Shown here: one piece after another, positions 9,489 through 19,619 of the stretch | Layout of the letters: every line of letters begins with the position of its first letter | Position numbering within the stretch: the first letter of the stretch is position 1 | The notes under the pieces: generated by a model | What the model saw: only the letters and a program-made list of their open reading frames with translations | Told to the model about the DNA's origin: nothing | Database searches by the model: none | Assembly (NCBI GenBank): GCA_964454035.1 | Contig: CAYVQV010000001.1 | Location: 1 to 58,887, forward strand | Reading direction: 5' to 3' | Length of the DNA: 58,887 bases | Source: an uncultured Candidatus Nitrosopelagicus sp. | GTDB lineage: Archaea; Thermoproteota; Nitrososphaeria; Nitrososphaerales; Nitrosopumilaceae | Made by a program: the position numbers and the translations under genes

Positions 9489-10433
9489 ATGGATAAAGTA
9501 TTACTTCCAAAAAAAATTGAGTTTGGTGAAAATGCCTTATCTGAAGCTGAATATCCAAAAAATGCGTTAGTGGTAACAACAACTCCACCTGAGTTATCTG
9601 GAAAGTGGTTAGATAGAATGGGAATTCAAGACTACATGCTATTTGACAAAGTTACGCCAGAGCCATCTATTAATGATGTTAATACTCTAATATCTGAGTA
9701 TAAAGAAAAAAAACCATCTGTATTAATTGGTCTTGGCGGTGGAAGTTCACTTGATGTTGTAAAATACTCTGCATCGGAATTTGGTGTTGATAAAATTTTA
9801 ATCCCAACAACATTTGGTACAGGAGCTGAAATGACAACATACTGTGTGCTTAAGTTTGATGGAAAAAAGAAATTATTAAGAGAGGATAGATTTCTAGCAG
9901 ATAGAGCAATAATTGATTCATATTTTATGAATGGAACACCAGAACAAATTCTTAAAAATTCAGTCTGTGATGCATGTGCACAAGCTACAGAAGGATTTGA
10001 TAGTAAACTTGGAAATGATTTAACAAGAACATTATGTAAACAAGCATTTGATGTGTTACATGATGCAATAATGAATGATAAACCAGAAAATTACCCATAT
10101 GGGTCTATGCTATCAGGAATGGGATTTGGTAACTGTTCTACTACATTAGGTCATGCATTATCATATGTATTTTCAAATGAAGGAGTTCCTCATGGATATT
10201 CATTGTCATCGTGCACTACTGTGGCACATAAACATAACAAATCAATATTCTATGATAGATTCAAAGAAGTAATTGAAAAATTAGGTTTTGACAAAATGGA
10301 GCTAAAAGCTGATGTAAGTGAAGCCGCAGATGTTGTTATGACTGATAAAGGACATCTAGATCCAAATCCAATACCAATTTCAAAAGAAGATGTTATTCAA
10401 TGTCTAAATGACATTAATTCCGGAAATCTTTAA
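9489..10433 (+). CDS. Iron-containing alcohol dehydrogenase; likely malonic semialdehyde reductase of the 3HP/4HB cycle
   Basis: GLGGGSSLDVVK, IPTTFGTGAE, GHALSY and PHG motifs; short Fe-ADH next to an LLM oxidoreductase, resembling the N. maritimus Nmar_1110 locus as I recall it. Confidence 0.8.
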   Translation: MDKVLLPKKIEFGENALSEAEYPKNALVVTTTPPELSGKWLDRMGIQDYMLFDKVTPEPSINDVNTLISEYKEKKPSVLIGLGGGSSLDVVKYSASEFGVDKILIPTTFGTGAEMTTYCVLKFDGKKKLLREDRFLADRAIIDSYFMNGTPEQILKNSVCDACAQATEGFDSKLGNDLTRTLCKQAFDVLHDAIMNDKPENYPYGSMLSGMGFGNCSTTLGHALSYVFSNEGVPHGYSLSSCTTVAHKHNKSIFYDRFKEVIEKLGFDKMELKADVSEAADVVMTDKGHLDPNPIPISKEDVIQCLNDINSGNL

Positions 10434-10513
10434 TTATTTATTTTATTTCAGGCAGATCAGTTTCTCATACTTTATAAAATGCATATTAACACCAAAGTGA
10501 AAGGTTTGAAATA

Positions 10514-11602
10514 ATGTTAAAGTTTGGAATACAAAATGGATTGAATGTTGCAAGAGCAGGTTATACTGAAGATCAAATTTTAACAGCATGTATGCTTGCT
10601 GATAAAACTGGTTATGACTCAATTTTCTATATGGACCATACAAATGTTCCACAATGGAAAAATGCTATTGTACTAGATCCATGGGTTATGCTTTCTTCAA
10701 TTGCAGCTGTTACAAATAATGTTGAATTAGGTACATGTGTTACAGACGCAATAAGAAGACATCCATCAAACATTGCGTTGGCTGCAATTACATTAGATAG
10801 AATTTCTAAAGGAAGAGCTATTTTAGGAATAGGTGCAGGTGAAGCACAGAATCTTAAAGAATTTTGTATTCCATTTGATAAACCTGTTTCAAAATGGGAA
10901 GAACAAATTCAAGTAATCAAAAAATTATATCATTCAACACCTGATAATACCGTAGACTTTGAAGGAAAATATTACAAATTAGAGAGTGCATGCCTACAAG
11001 CACCACCAATAAGAAAACCACATCCTCCAACTTACATGGCGTCAGGTGGAAAAAGAACATTAGCGTTAACAGGTAAATATGGTGAAGGGTGGTTACCAAT
11101 TGGTTATACTCCAGAACTATTTGAAGATCATAAAGAGCAAATTATTGTGTCAATGGATAAAAATGGAAGAACCGAAGAAGAAAAAGAAGATTTTCAAATG
11201 GCGCTTGATATTGATGTATACTTTTCTGAAGATGCTGAAGTGTCGTGGGCAAAAATGAAAGAGGCTGTAAAAGTAAGTTTGTTTAAACCAGAAATTCTTA
11301 GAGTGCATGAGCTTAAAGATATTGAAGGCTTTGATTTTGTTAAATATTTTACAGAATATTCAATGTCAAACCAAGATTGGATTGTAAAAATGCGAGAAGC
11401 CGCAACAAAGATTCCAGATAAAATTGCAAGATCATCTACTGGTGTTGGAACACCTGATGACGTAATTCAAGTATTTGAAAGATTTCTTAAAGCTGGTGTA
11501 AATCACTTTGTAATAAGATTCTGGGGCTCTAATTATTTTGGCTCTATTGATAAATTTGCACATAAAGTAATTCCATATTTTAAGGAACAAGATAAAAAAT
11601 AA
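10514..11602 (+). CDS. Luciferase-like (LLM class) oxidoreductase, probably F420-dependent
   Basis: GYDSIFYMDH, DPWVMLSSIAAVT, ITLDRISKGRAILGIGAG, FEGKYY and GTPDDV motifs. Confidence 0.9.
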   Translation: MLKFGIQNGLNVARAGYTEDQILTACMLADKTGYDSIFYMDHTNVPQWKNAIVLDPWVMLSSIAAVTNNVELGTCVTDAIRRHPSNIALAAITLDRISKGRAILGIGAGEAQNLKEFCIPFDKPVSKWEEQIQVIKKLYHSTPDNTVDFEGKYYKLESACLQAPPIRKPHPPTYMASGGKRTLALTGKYGEGWLPIGYTPELFEDHKEQIIVSMDKNGRTEEEKEDFQMALDIDVYFSEDAEVSWAKMKEAVKVSLFKPEILRVHELKDIEGFDFVKYFTEYSMSNQDWIVKMREAATKIPDKIARSSTGVGTPDDVIQVFERFLKAGVNHFVIRFWGSNYFGSIDKFAHKVIPYFKEQDKK

Positions 11603-11638
11603 GGAAAAAAATTTTAACAATAATACTTTACAATAGAT

Positions 11639-12271
11639 ATGCAATTACTTGGAATCTTAGAGATTAAATCTAAAGATAAAATTAAAGAATTCCTAAATAA
11701 TGAATCAACAGGACGTATTGCAAGTCTTGATGAAGATGGATATCCACAAATCATACCAATGAATTTTGTTTTTATTGATAATGTAATTTACATGCATTCT
11801 CATACTAGAGGTGAAAAACTTCAAAATATTCAAAAAAACGATAAAGTTGGATTTGAAGTAGATAAAAATTTAGAGTTTTTACCTTCATACTTTTCAGATC
11901 CAAATGATGCCTCACTAGCAGATACATTTTACATTAGTGTTGTAATAAAAGGAAAAGCAACAATTGTCACAGATAAAAATGAAAAAACATTGGCACTAAA
12001 TGGTTTAATGAAAAAATATCAGCCAGAAGGTGGATACGAACCAATTAATACACAAATGAATGTTTTAGATGAAGTAGCAGTAATCAAAATTAATCCTAAT
12101 TCTATACGTGGCAAGTATAAAATTGGACAAAATTTAAAAAATGATGCTAAGATAGAAATGGCAAGAAAAATTTTTGAACGAAATTCTGTGACATCAAAAA
12201 ATACATTAGAAGTAATGGGATTTTCTATTTCAAATGATGATGTCAAATTAGAAAAAGATGTGAAATGGTGA
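11639..12271 (+). CDS. Pyridoxamine 5'-phosphate oxidase-like (NimA-type) flavin-binding protein
   Basis: GRIASLDEDGYPQIIPMNF, YMHS..GEKL, VGFEVD, SVVIKG and GKYKIGQN motifs. Confidence 0.85.
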   Translation: MQLLGILEIKSKDKIKEFLNNESTGRIASLDEDGYPQIIPMNFVFIDNVIYMHSHTRGEKLQNIQKNDKVGFEVDKNLEFLPSYFSDPNDASLADTFYISVVIKGKATIVTDKNEKTLALNGLMKKYQPEGGYEPINTQMNVLDEVAVIKINPNSIRGKYKIGQNLKNDAKIEMARKIFERNSVTSKNTLEVMGFSISNDDVKLEKDVKW

Positions 12272-12315
12272 TTTAGTATCAATTTTTATTAAGAAATTAT
12301 TATTAAACTACTATT

Positions 12316-13236
12316 ATGTCAGATTCAACTATTGATGATGCATTAAAACTGTTAGAAACAGGGAAAGGTAATCCAGATCGTCTTAAAAAAATTATTGCAT
12401 CTTTCCAAAAGCGAAGTTTAGTCTCATTGGAAGATAGAAAATATATCGATGCATTAGTGTCCCAATATTTAGCACCAAGACAAAGAGTTCATATAAAAAA
12501 AATTGAACCTGACAAAGATCAAACAAGTTTCCCACGAATTAGAAAACCAGAACAAAGTAGATATCGAATTCAAGGAAGCAATAAATCATATAAAATTAAT
12601 CGTGAAGAAACAAAAAGTACATCATCTTCAACAGTAAAAAATCCAGATGAAAATTATTCAACTAATTATACGTCAAATCTTACTAATAATGAGAAACAAC
12701 ATTCTGAAAAATTTACAGAATCATATGAAGATGAACCATCACTAGAAGAAAAATTTGTCAGTCAAATAGAAAATAACAAAACAGAAATAAGAAAAACGAA
12801 TTCATCTAAAAAAATTATACTAATGGGAATAATTGGAATTATAATAATTGGAGGAGTGGCTGCTGGATTATCAATTAATCCTGATTCTTCTAGTATAGAA
12901 ACATTAGAACGTGCAATATGTACTAATACAGAAATACTTGTATCATCAACCATTATCCCAGGATTTCCAGATCCTGAAAAAGATTTACAGCATTATTTAG
13001 ATCGATATAATAACGAACCTAGTTATGCTGATTGGTTTGATAGGAATTTTCCGGGACAATCAATACAAGAAGTGTTAGTTAAACAAAAATCTGCATCATC
13101 AACCATTATCCCAGGATTTCCAGATCCTGAAAAAGATTTACAGCATTATTTAGATCGATATAATAACGAACCTAGTTATGCTGATTGGTTTGATAGGAAT
13201 TTTCCGGGACAATCAATACAAGAAGCTGTATGCTAG
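12316..13236 (+). CDS. Single-pass membrane protein with a duplicated C-terminal module
   Basis: Helical N-terminus, low-complexity linker, TM segment IILMGIIGIIIIGGVAAGL, and two copies of IIPGFPDPEKDLQHYLDRYNNEPSYADWFDRNFPGQSIQE. Confidence 0.8.
   Translation: MSDSTIDDALKLLETGKGNPDRLKKIIASFQKRSLVSLEDRKYIDALVSQYLAPRQRVHIKKIEPDKDQTSFPRIRKPEQSRYRIQGSNKSYKINREETKSTSSSTVKNPDENYSTNYTSNLTNNEKQHSEKFTESYEDEPSLEEKFVSQIENNKTEIRKTNSSKKIILMGIIGIIIIGGVAAGLSINPDSSSIETLERAICTNTEILVSSTIIPGFPDPEKDLQHYLDRYNNEPSYADWFDRNFPGQSIQEVLVKQKSASSTIIPGFPDPEKDLQHYLDRYNNEPSYADWFDRNFPGQSIQEAVC
12942..13225 (+). repeat. Perfect 131-bp direct repeat (12942-13072 and 13095-13225), period 153 bp
   Basis: Base-by-base comparison shows identical copies; the period is in frame (51 codons). 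Confidence 0.95.
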
Positions 13237-13286
13237 TTTTTCAGAATTACCATTGCTTTAAATTTTCTATAGAATGATCTTGACTA

Positions 13287-15236
13287 TTGCAAAAAATACA
13301 AGAATTTGAACTAAATTCAGAGTTTGTGCCAACTGGAGATCAGCCATCTGCAATTGACGCAATAGTGGAAGGTATCAAAAAAAGAAAAAATCAGACACTG
13401 TTAGGTGTAACAGGCAGTGGTAAAACATTCACAATTGCAAATGCTGTTGCCAGAACTGGAAAAAATACACTAGTAATATCACACAATAAAACTCTCGCAG
13501 CACAACTTTATTCAGAATTAAAACAATTTTTTCCAAATAATAATGTTGGATATTTTGTAAGCTATTATGACTATTATCAACCTGAGAGCTACATAGTACA
13601 AACAGATACCTATATTGAAAAAGACACACAGATTAATGAAAAAATAGAAAAACTTCGATTGGAGGCTACTGCAATGCTTCTTTCAGAAGAACCAACAATT
13701 ATTGTGGCAACTGTTTCATGTATCTATTCACTAGGCTCACCCAAAGAATGGGAAGACATGGCAGTGACAATTCAAGTAAAAAAAGAAATTTCTCGAACAG
13801 ATTTGATTAAGAATTTGATAAATGCTAGATATGAGCGAAACGATACCGAAATGAAAGCAGGATTTTTCAGAGTTAAGGGTGATACAATTGATATCATACC
13901 AGCATATTCTCAAGATATTATACGTATTTCATTATTTGGTGATGAGATTGAAAAAATTACAATCCTAGATAATGTGTCATTATCAGAAAAGAAAAACATT
14001 ACATCTATCAGAATCTTTCCTGCAAAACATTACATAATTGCAAAAGATGTCAAGGAAAAAGCAATAAAATCTATAAGAAAAGAGCTAAAAGAAACATTAC
14101 CAAAATTAAATGAATTAGAACGACAACGACTTGAGATGCGTACAAAATATGACTTGGAAATGATTGAAGAGTTAGGATATTGTTCAGGTATTGAAAATTA
14201 TTCAAGACATTTTGATGGACGTATGTCTGGAGAACCAGCATTTTGTTTACTTGATTTTTTTGGTGATGATTTTACACTTGTAATTGATGAATCACATGTT
14301 ACATTACCACAACTTCATGGTATGTACAAAGGAGATTACTCTAGAAAAAAGTCATTAATTGACTATGGGTTTAGACTTCCAAGTGCATTTGACAATAGAC
14401 CGTTAAAATTTGAGGAATTTGAAAAACGAATTAAAAATACTATTTTTGTTTCAGCAACTCCTGCTGACTATGAACGACATAAATCATCACAGATAGTAGA
14501 ACAGCTTGTAAGACCTACTGGTCTAATTGATCCTGAAGTAGAGATACGTAATTCAAAGGGTCAGATGGATGATTTGATAATAGAAATTACAAAATGTGTA
14601 AAACAAGACCAAAGAATACTGATAACAACATTAACAAAAAGAATGGCAGAAGATCTAGCAGAATATTTATCTAAAAAAGAAATTCGTGTGCGTTATTTAC
14701 ATTCAGAAATTCAAGGTCTTCAAAGAACTGAATTAATTAGACAGTTAAGATTAGGTGAATTCGATGTACTAGTAGGAATAAATCTTCTTCGAGAGGGATT
14801 AGATATACCTGAAGTCTCACTTGTTGCTATATTAGATGCAGACAAAGAAGGTTTTTTGAGAAATAAAACAAGTTTGATTCAAACATTTGGTAGAGCTGCT
14901 AGAAATTCAGAAGGAAGGGTGATCATGTATGCAGACAATACTACAGTATCTATGAAGTCAGCATTACTAGAAACAAAAAGAAGACGAGAAAAACAAATAC
15001 AGTATAATAAAACCAACAAAATAATTCCAAAAACAATAATCAAGTCAATCCCAGAGCAAGAAACAGAACTAGATGAAATTAAAAATAAATCAAAAACTGA
15101 CTTGAAAAAACAAAAAATTGAAATTGAAATTAAGATGAAAACATTCGCTGAAGATTTAGATTTTGAAAATGCAATACAATGCAGAGATAAAATAAAAAGA
15201 ATTCAAATGGAGTTGGATAAAGATGAATCAAAATGA
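13287..15236 (+). CDS. uvrB: Excinuclease ABC subunit B
   Basis: PTGDQP, GVTGSGKT, YYDYYQPE, DESH, GINLLREGLD motifs and a C-terminal UVR domain. Confidence 0.98.
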   Translation: MQKIQEFELNSEFVPTGDQPSAIDAIVEGIKKRKNQTLLGVTGSGKTFTIANAVARTGKNTLVISHNKTLAAQLYSELKQFFPNNNVGYFVSYYDYYQPESYIVQTDTYIEKDTQINEKIEKLRLEATAMLLSEEPTIIVATVSCIYSLGSPKEWEDMAVTIQVKKEISRTDLIKNLINARYERNDTEMKAGFFRVKGDTIDIIPAYSQDIIRISLFGDEIEKITILDNVSLSEKKNITSIRIFPAKHYIIAKDVKEKAIKSIRKELKETLPKLNELERQRLEMRTKYDLEMIEELGYCSGIENYSRHFDGRMSGEPAFCLLDFFGDDFTLVIDESHVTLPQLHGMYKGDYSRKKSLIDYGFRLPSAFDNRPLKFEEFEKRIKNTIFVSATPADYERHKSSQIVEQLVRPTGLIDPEVEIRNSKGQMDDLIIEITKCVKQDQRILITTLTKRMAEDLAEYLSKKEIRVRYLHSEIQGLQRTELIRQLRLGEFDVLVGINLLREGLDIPEVSLVAILDADKEGFLRNKTSLIQTFGRAARNSEGRVIMYADNTTVSMKSALLETKRRREKQIQYNKTNKIIPKTIIKSIPEQETELDEIKNKSKTDLKKQKIEIEIKMKTFAEDLDFENAIQCRDKIKRIQMELDKDESK

Positions 15237-18042
15237 ATTAAAAGTTAAAGGTGCTCGACATCATAATCTAAAAAATATTAACGTAAATATTCCAAAAAAT
15301 AAAATTGTTGTAATTAGTGGTTTATCAGGTTCAGGAAAATCAACTCTTGCATTTGACACAATTTATGCCGAAGGGCAAAGAAGATATGTTGAATCACTAT
15401 CGTCTTATGCAAGACAATTTTTAGAAATGATGGATAAGCCAGATGTTGATTCTATTGATGGACTATCACCTGCAATTTCAATTCAGCAAAAAACTACAAG
15501 CAAAAATCCACGTTCAACTGTTGGAACAACTACAGAGATCTATGATTATCTACGGCTTTTATTTGCAAGGATTGGGATTCCTCATTGCACAAATTGTGGA
15601 AGAAAAATTTCAAGTCAATCAATTGAATCAATAACAGATTCAGTAATAAAAGAATTTAATAAAAAAATGATTCTTGTCTTAGCACCATTAGTACAAAGAA
15701 AAAAAGGAACATATGAAAAATTATTTGAGCAGATGAAAAAGGATGGATATTCTAGAGCTAGAGTTAATGGGGAAAACATATCATTAGAAGATGAATTTCC
15801 AAAACTTGATAGACAGAAATGGCATAATATTGAGATTATAGTTGATAGGATTACTGCAAATAAGGCAGAAAAAAGTAGAATTTTTGAGTCTGTTCAAACT
15901 GCATTAAAATCTGCACAGGGTTCAGTACTTATAGCATCAGATACGAATGAAAAAATCTTTTCTCAGAATAATGCATGTCCACATTGTGGAATTACAGTTG
16001 GTGAATTAGAACCACGTACATTTTCATTTAATTCACCTTTTGGAATGTGTAAACAATGTAATGGATTAGGAGTAAAAATGGAATTTGATCCAAATTTGGT
16101 TATTCCTGATAAATCAAAGTCAATTTTAGATGGTGCAATTGTTCCATGGAGTGGAAGATTTCAATCATTTAGACGTCAAGAATTACGTGCCGTTGGGAAA
16201 AAATTTGGTTTTAATTTGATGACACCAATTAATGCGATGAAATCAAAGCAGATTAACATTATTTTACATGGAAGCGATGATGTCATGAAGTTCTCATATG
16301 AATCAAAAAATAGTGATTCTTTTTGGGAATATACAGACGCATTTGAAGGAGTGTTAAACAACCTACAACGAAAATTTATGGAAACCGATTCTGAAGCAAA
16401 AAGAGAATGGCTAAAACAATTCATGCGAGATACTCCATGCATTACATGTCAAGGAAAAAAACTAAAACCAGAAGCACTTGCAGTTAAAATTAATTCAAAA
16501 AATATTATGGATGTATGTGATCTTTCAATTGATTCATCATATGATTTTTTTAATGGCTTAAAGCTAACAGAGACTGAACAATTTATTGCAAAAGACGTTC
16601 TCAAAGAGATTAGAGAAAGATTAGAATTCTTAAGAAATGTAGGACTAAACTATCTGTCATTAAATAGATCAAGTGCAACACTTTCTGGTGGAGAATCTCA
16701 AAGAATAAGACTTGCAACACAGATTGGTTCTAACTTGACAGGTGTATTGTATGTATTAGATGAACCAACAATAGGATTACATCAGAGGGATAATGCAAGA
16801 TTGATTAAAACATTATCAAAATTAAGAGATTTAGGAAATACAGTAATTGTAGTTGAACATGATGAAGAAATTATTAGAAATTCAGACTGGATTGTTGATT
16901 TAGGGCCTGGTGCAGGCGTGCATGGAGGAAATGTTGTATTTGAAGGTACCCTCAAACAGATTCTTAATAATCATAAATCAATAACAGGAGATTATCTAAA
17001 GGATCATAATTTAATCAAGATTAAAGAAAAGAAAAGAGAACAAAAAGGAAAAATTATTGTTAAAGGTGCACAAGAAAATAATTTAAAAAATATAAATGTA
17101 GAATTTCCTCTAGGCTATCTAATTTCAGTTACAGGTGTTTCTGGTTCAGGAAAATCTACACTTGTCAATGACATTTTGCTTAAGTCACTTTCTTCTTACT
17201 TCTACAAAACAACTGGACTCCCAGGAAAACATAAAGATGTATCAGGAGTCGAAAATATTGATAAGATTATATCAATTGACCAATCTCCAATTGGTAGAAC
17301 TCCAAGATCAAACCCAGCTACGTATATTGGCGCATTTACACCTATTCGAGAATTATATTCAAATACAGAATTATCAAAAGAACGAGGTTATACTCCAGGT
17401 CAGTTTTCATTTAATGTAGCTGTTGGTAGATGTTTTGCATGTGAAGGTGACGGAGTTAAAAAAATTGAGATGCAGTTCCTGTCCGATGTTTATGTAAGAT
17501 GTGATGAATGCAATGGAAAAAGATACAATTCAGAAACTCTAGGTATAATGTACAAAGGAAAAAACATTGCAGATATTTTAGAAATGACTGTAGAAGAAGC
17601 ATTGGAATTTTTTGAAAATATTCCAGCCATTAAAAGAAAATTACAAACTGTATTTGATGTTGGGCTCGGATACATCAAGCTTGGGCAATCATCGACTACG
17701 TTATCAGGTGGTGAAGCACAAAGAGTAAAACTTGCATCAGAATTATCAAAAAGAGGTACAGGAAAAACACTATACATTCTAGATGAACCAACAACTGGTT
17801 TACATTTTGCCGATGTTCAAAAACTACTGGATGTTTTAAACAGACTGGTCAATTTAGGAAATACCGTTATTGTAATTGAGCATAACATGGATGTAATAAA
17901 AAATTCAGATTGGATTGTGGATCTAGGTCCTGAAGGTGGAGATGAAGGTGGATACTTAGTTACCACAGGACCTCCATCACAAATAGCCAATTATTCAAAA
18001 AGTTACACAGGGAAATATCTAAAAAAACTGATGAAATCATGA
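15223..18042 (+). CDS. uvrA: Excinuclease ABC subunit A
   Basis: Two ABC domains (GLSGSGKS, GVSGSGKS; LSGGESQR, LSGGEAQR) and Cys zinc modules. Confidence 0.98.
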   Translation: MNQNELKVKGARHHNLKNINVNIPKNKIVVISGLSGSGKSTLAFDTIYAEGQRRYVESLSSYARQFLEMMDKPDVDSIDGLSPAISIQQKTTSKNPRSTVGTTTEIYDYLRLLFARIGIPHCTNCGRKISSQSIESITDSVIKEFNKKMILVLAPLVQRKKGTYEKLFEQMKKDGYSRARVNGENISLEDEFPKLDRQKWHNIEIIVDRITANKAEKSRIFESVQTALKSAQGSVLIASDTNEKIFSQNNACPHCGITVGELEPRTFSFNSPFGMCKQCNGLGVKMEFDPNLVIPDKSKSILDGAIVPWSGRFQSFRRQELRAVGKKFGFNLMTPINAMKSKQINIILHGSDDVMKFSYESKNSDSFWEYTDAFEGVLNNLQRKFMETDSEAKREWLKQFMRDTPCITCQGKKLKPEALAVKINSKNIMDVCDLSIDSSYDFFNGLKLTETEQFIAKDVLKEIRERLEFLRNVGLNYLSLNRSSATLSGGESQRIRLATQIGSNLTGVLYVLDEPTIGLHQRDNARLIKTLSKLRDLGNTVIVVEHDEEIIRNSDWIVDLGPGAGVHGGNVVFEGTLKQILNNHKSITGDYLKDHNLIKIKEKKREQKGKIIVKGAQENNLKNINVEFPLGYLISVTGVSGSGKSTLVNDILLKSLSSYFYKTTGLPGKHKDVSGVENIDKIISIDQSPIGRTPRSNPATYIGAFTPIRELYSNTELSKERGYTPGQFSFNVAVGRCFACEGDGVKKIEMQFLSDVYVRCDECNGKRYNSETLGIMYKGKNIADILEMTVEEALEFFENIPAIKRKLQTVFDVGLGYIKLGQSSTTLSGGEAQRVKLASELSKRGTGKTLYILDEPTTGLHFADVQKLLDVLNRLVNLGNTVIVIEHNMDVIKNSDWIVDLGPEGGDEGGYLVTTGPPSQIANYSKSYTGKYLKKLMKS

Positions 18043-19619
18043 CATTTGACATATCAAATATTTCCATACCAAAAGAACCTGGAATTTATTTAATGAAAGA
18101 TAGTAAAGGGGAAATAATTTACATCGGAAAAGCAAAAAATCTAAAAAATAGAGTAAAAACATATTTTTTAAAGAATCAAAATTACAAAACACAAAAACTT
18201 GTTTCAAAGATTGCTGGTATAGAATTTTTATTAACAGATAATGAAAGTGAAGCATTTTTGCTTGAATCAAATATGATTAAACGATATAGACCAATATACA
18301 ACATAGAATTAAAAGATCAACAAAGATACACATATCTAAGAATTACAGATGAAAAGTTTCCAAGATTACTAGTTACAAGAAGAACACGGCAAGGTGATTT
18401 TCTTGGAAGAGGTAAAATTTTTGGTCCGTTCACAAGAGGCAGTTCTAAGCTGCTGACAATTGGCTCACTCCGAAAAACATTCAAAGTTAGAATTTGTAAA
18501 ACACTACCAAAAAAAGCATGTCTTGAATATCATTTAGGAAATTGTGACGCACCATGTGAATTTACAACAGCACAAAAAGAATATGATGAAAACATTTCAA
18601 ACTTGGAATCAATCTTAAAAAGTAAACAACAAATGAAAGAATTTAGTCTGAAATTAAAAAAACAGATGAAAGAGGCTTCAAAATCACAGCAATTTGAAAG
18701 AGCGATTGAAATAAGAGATACGCTTGAACGACTAGGAAGCATTAATTCAGGAAAAAAAATGGAAACTGTGAGAAAATCAGATGAAGAATTTTTTGGAATA
18801 AAATATGATAAACACGATGCAATAGTTATGACGTTTCGGCAAACACATGGAGTAATTAGAGACAGTGAAAAGTTTTCATTTGATCTTATTGGAGATAATA
18901 ACTTCACAAATTTTCTATACCAATACTATACTACACATGAAATACCAAAAACCATAGTCACTAGTGAGGAGATTTCTGATAAATTATCTCTTCAAAAAGC
19001 ACTGTCAGACAGAATTGGATTTTCAGTAAAAATCATTCACGGTAATAAGGGAAAAAGAAAAGAAATGATAGAGTTGATTCTTCGAAATATCGCTCTTATT
19101 CAAAATAGAAATGCCGAGCCAGGATTGATTGAACTTAGAGATATTCTCAAATTATCATCAGTTCCACGCATAATCGAATGTTTTGATATCTCAAATCATG
19201 GTGATGAATATGCAGTAGGCTCCATGGCAAGATTTGTTGATGCTAAACCAGACAAATCTGGCTACAGAAAGTTCAAGATTAAGACAATTAGTGGAAGGGA
19301 TGATTATGCTATGATTAATGAAATTGTTGGAAGAAGATATTGGCGTTTAAGAAAAGAGAATGGTGAATTTCCAGATCTAATAGTAATTGATGGAGGAAAA
19401 GGACAGCTTAATGCAGCAATATCTGCATTAAAAGATGTTGGAGTGAAAATTCCATGTGTTTCATTAGCAAAAGAAAATGAGGAAATTTTTGTTCCAAGAC
19501 AAGCTAAATCGATTATTATTGAAAAAAATAAGGATTCAATAAAAATTTTGCAACATGCCAGAGATGAAACACATCGATTTGGTATTGCATATAATAGAAA
19601 ACTAAGAAAATTAAACTAA
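18039..19619 (+). CDS. uvrC: Excinuclease ABC subunit C (appears to lack the C-terminal HhH domain)
   Basis: PGIYLM..IYIGKAKNL GIY-YIG domain, Cys cluster, IECFDISN, DDYAM, IDGGKGQ and RDETHRF motifs; ends soon after the last of these. Confidence 0.96.
   Translation: MTFDISNISIPKEPGIYLMKDSKGEIIYIGKAKNLKNRVKTYFLKNQNYKTQKLVSKIAGIEFLLTDNESEAFLLESNMIKRYRPIYNIELKDQQRYTYLRITDEKFPRLLVTRRTRQGDFLGRGKIFGPFTRGSSKLLTIGSLRKTFKVRICKTLPKKACLEYHLGNCDAPCEFTTAQKEYDENISNLESILKSKQQMKEFSLKLKKQMKEASKSQQFERAIEIRDTLERLGSINSGKKMETVRKSDEEFFGIKYDKHDAIVMTFRQTHGVIRDSEKFSFDLIGDNNFTNFLYQYYTTHEIPKTIVTSEEISDKLSLQKALSDRIGFSVKIIHGNKGKRKEMIELILRNIALIQNRNAEPGLIELRDILKLSSVPRIIECFDISNHGDEYAVGSMARFVDAKPDKSGYRKFKIKTISGRDDYAMINEIVGRRYWRLRKENGEFPDLIVIDGGKGQLNAAISALKDVGVKIPCVSLAKENEEIFVPRQAKSIIIEKNKDSIKILQHARDETHRFGIAYNRKLRKLN

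Noticed and set aside
12942..13225. CRISPR array or IS terminal repeats
   Set aside because: Only two long in-frame direct copies inside a CDS; no spacers, cas genes or transposase.
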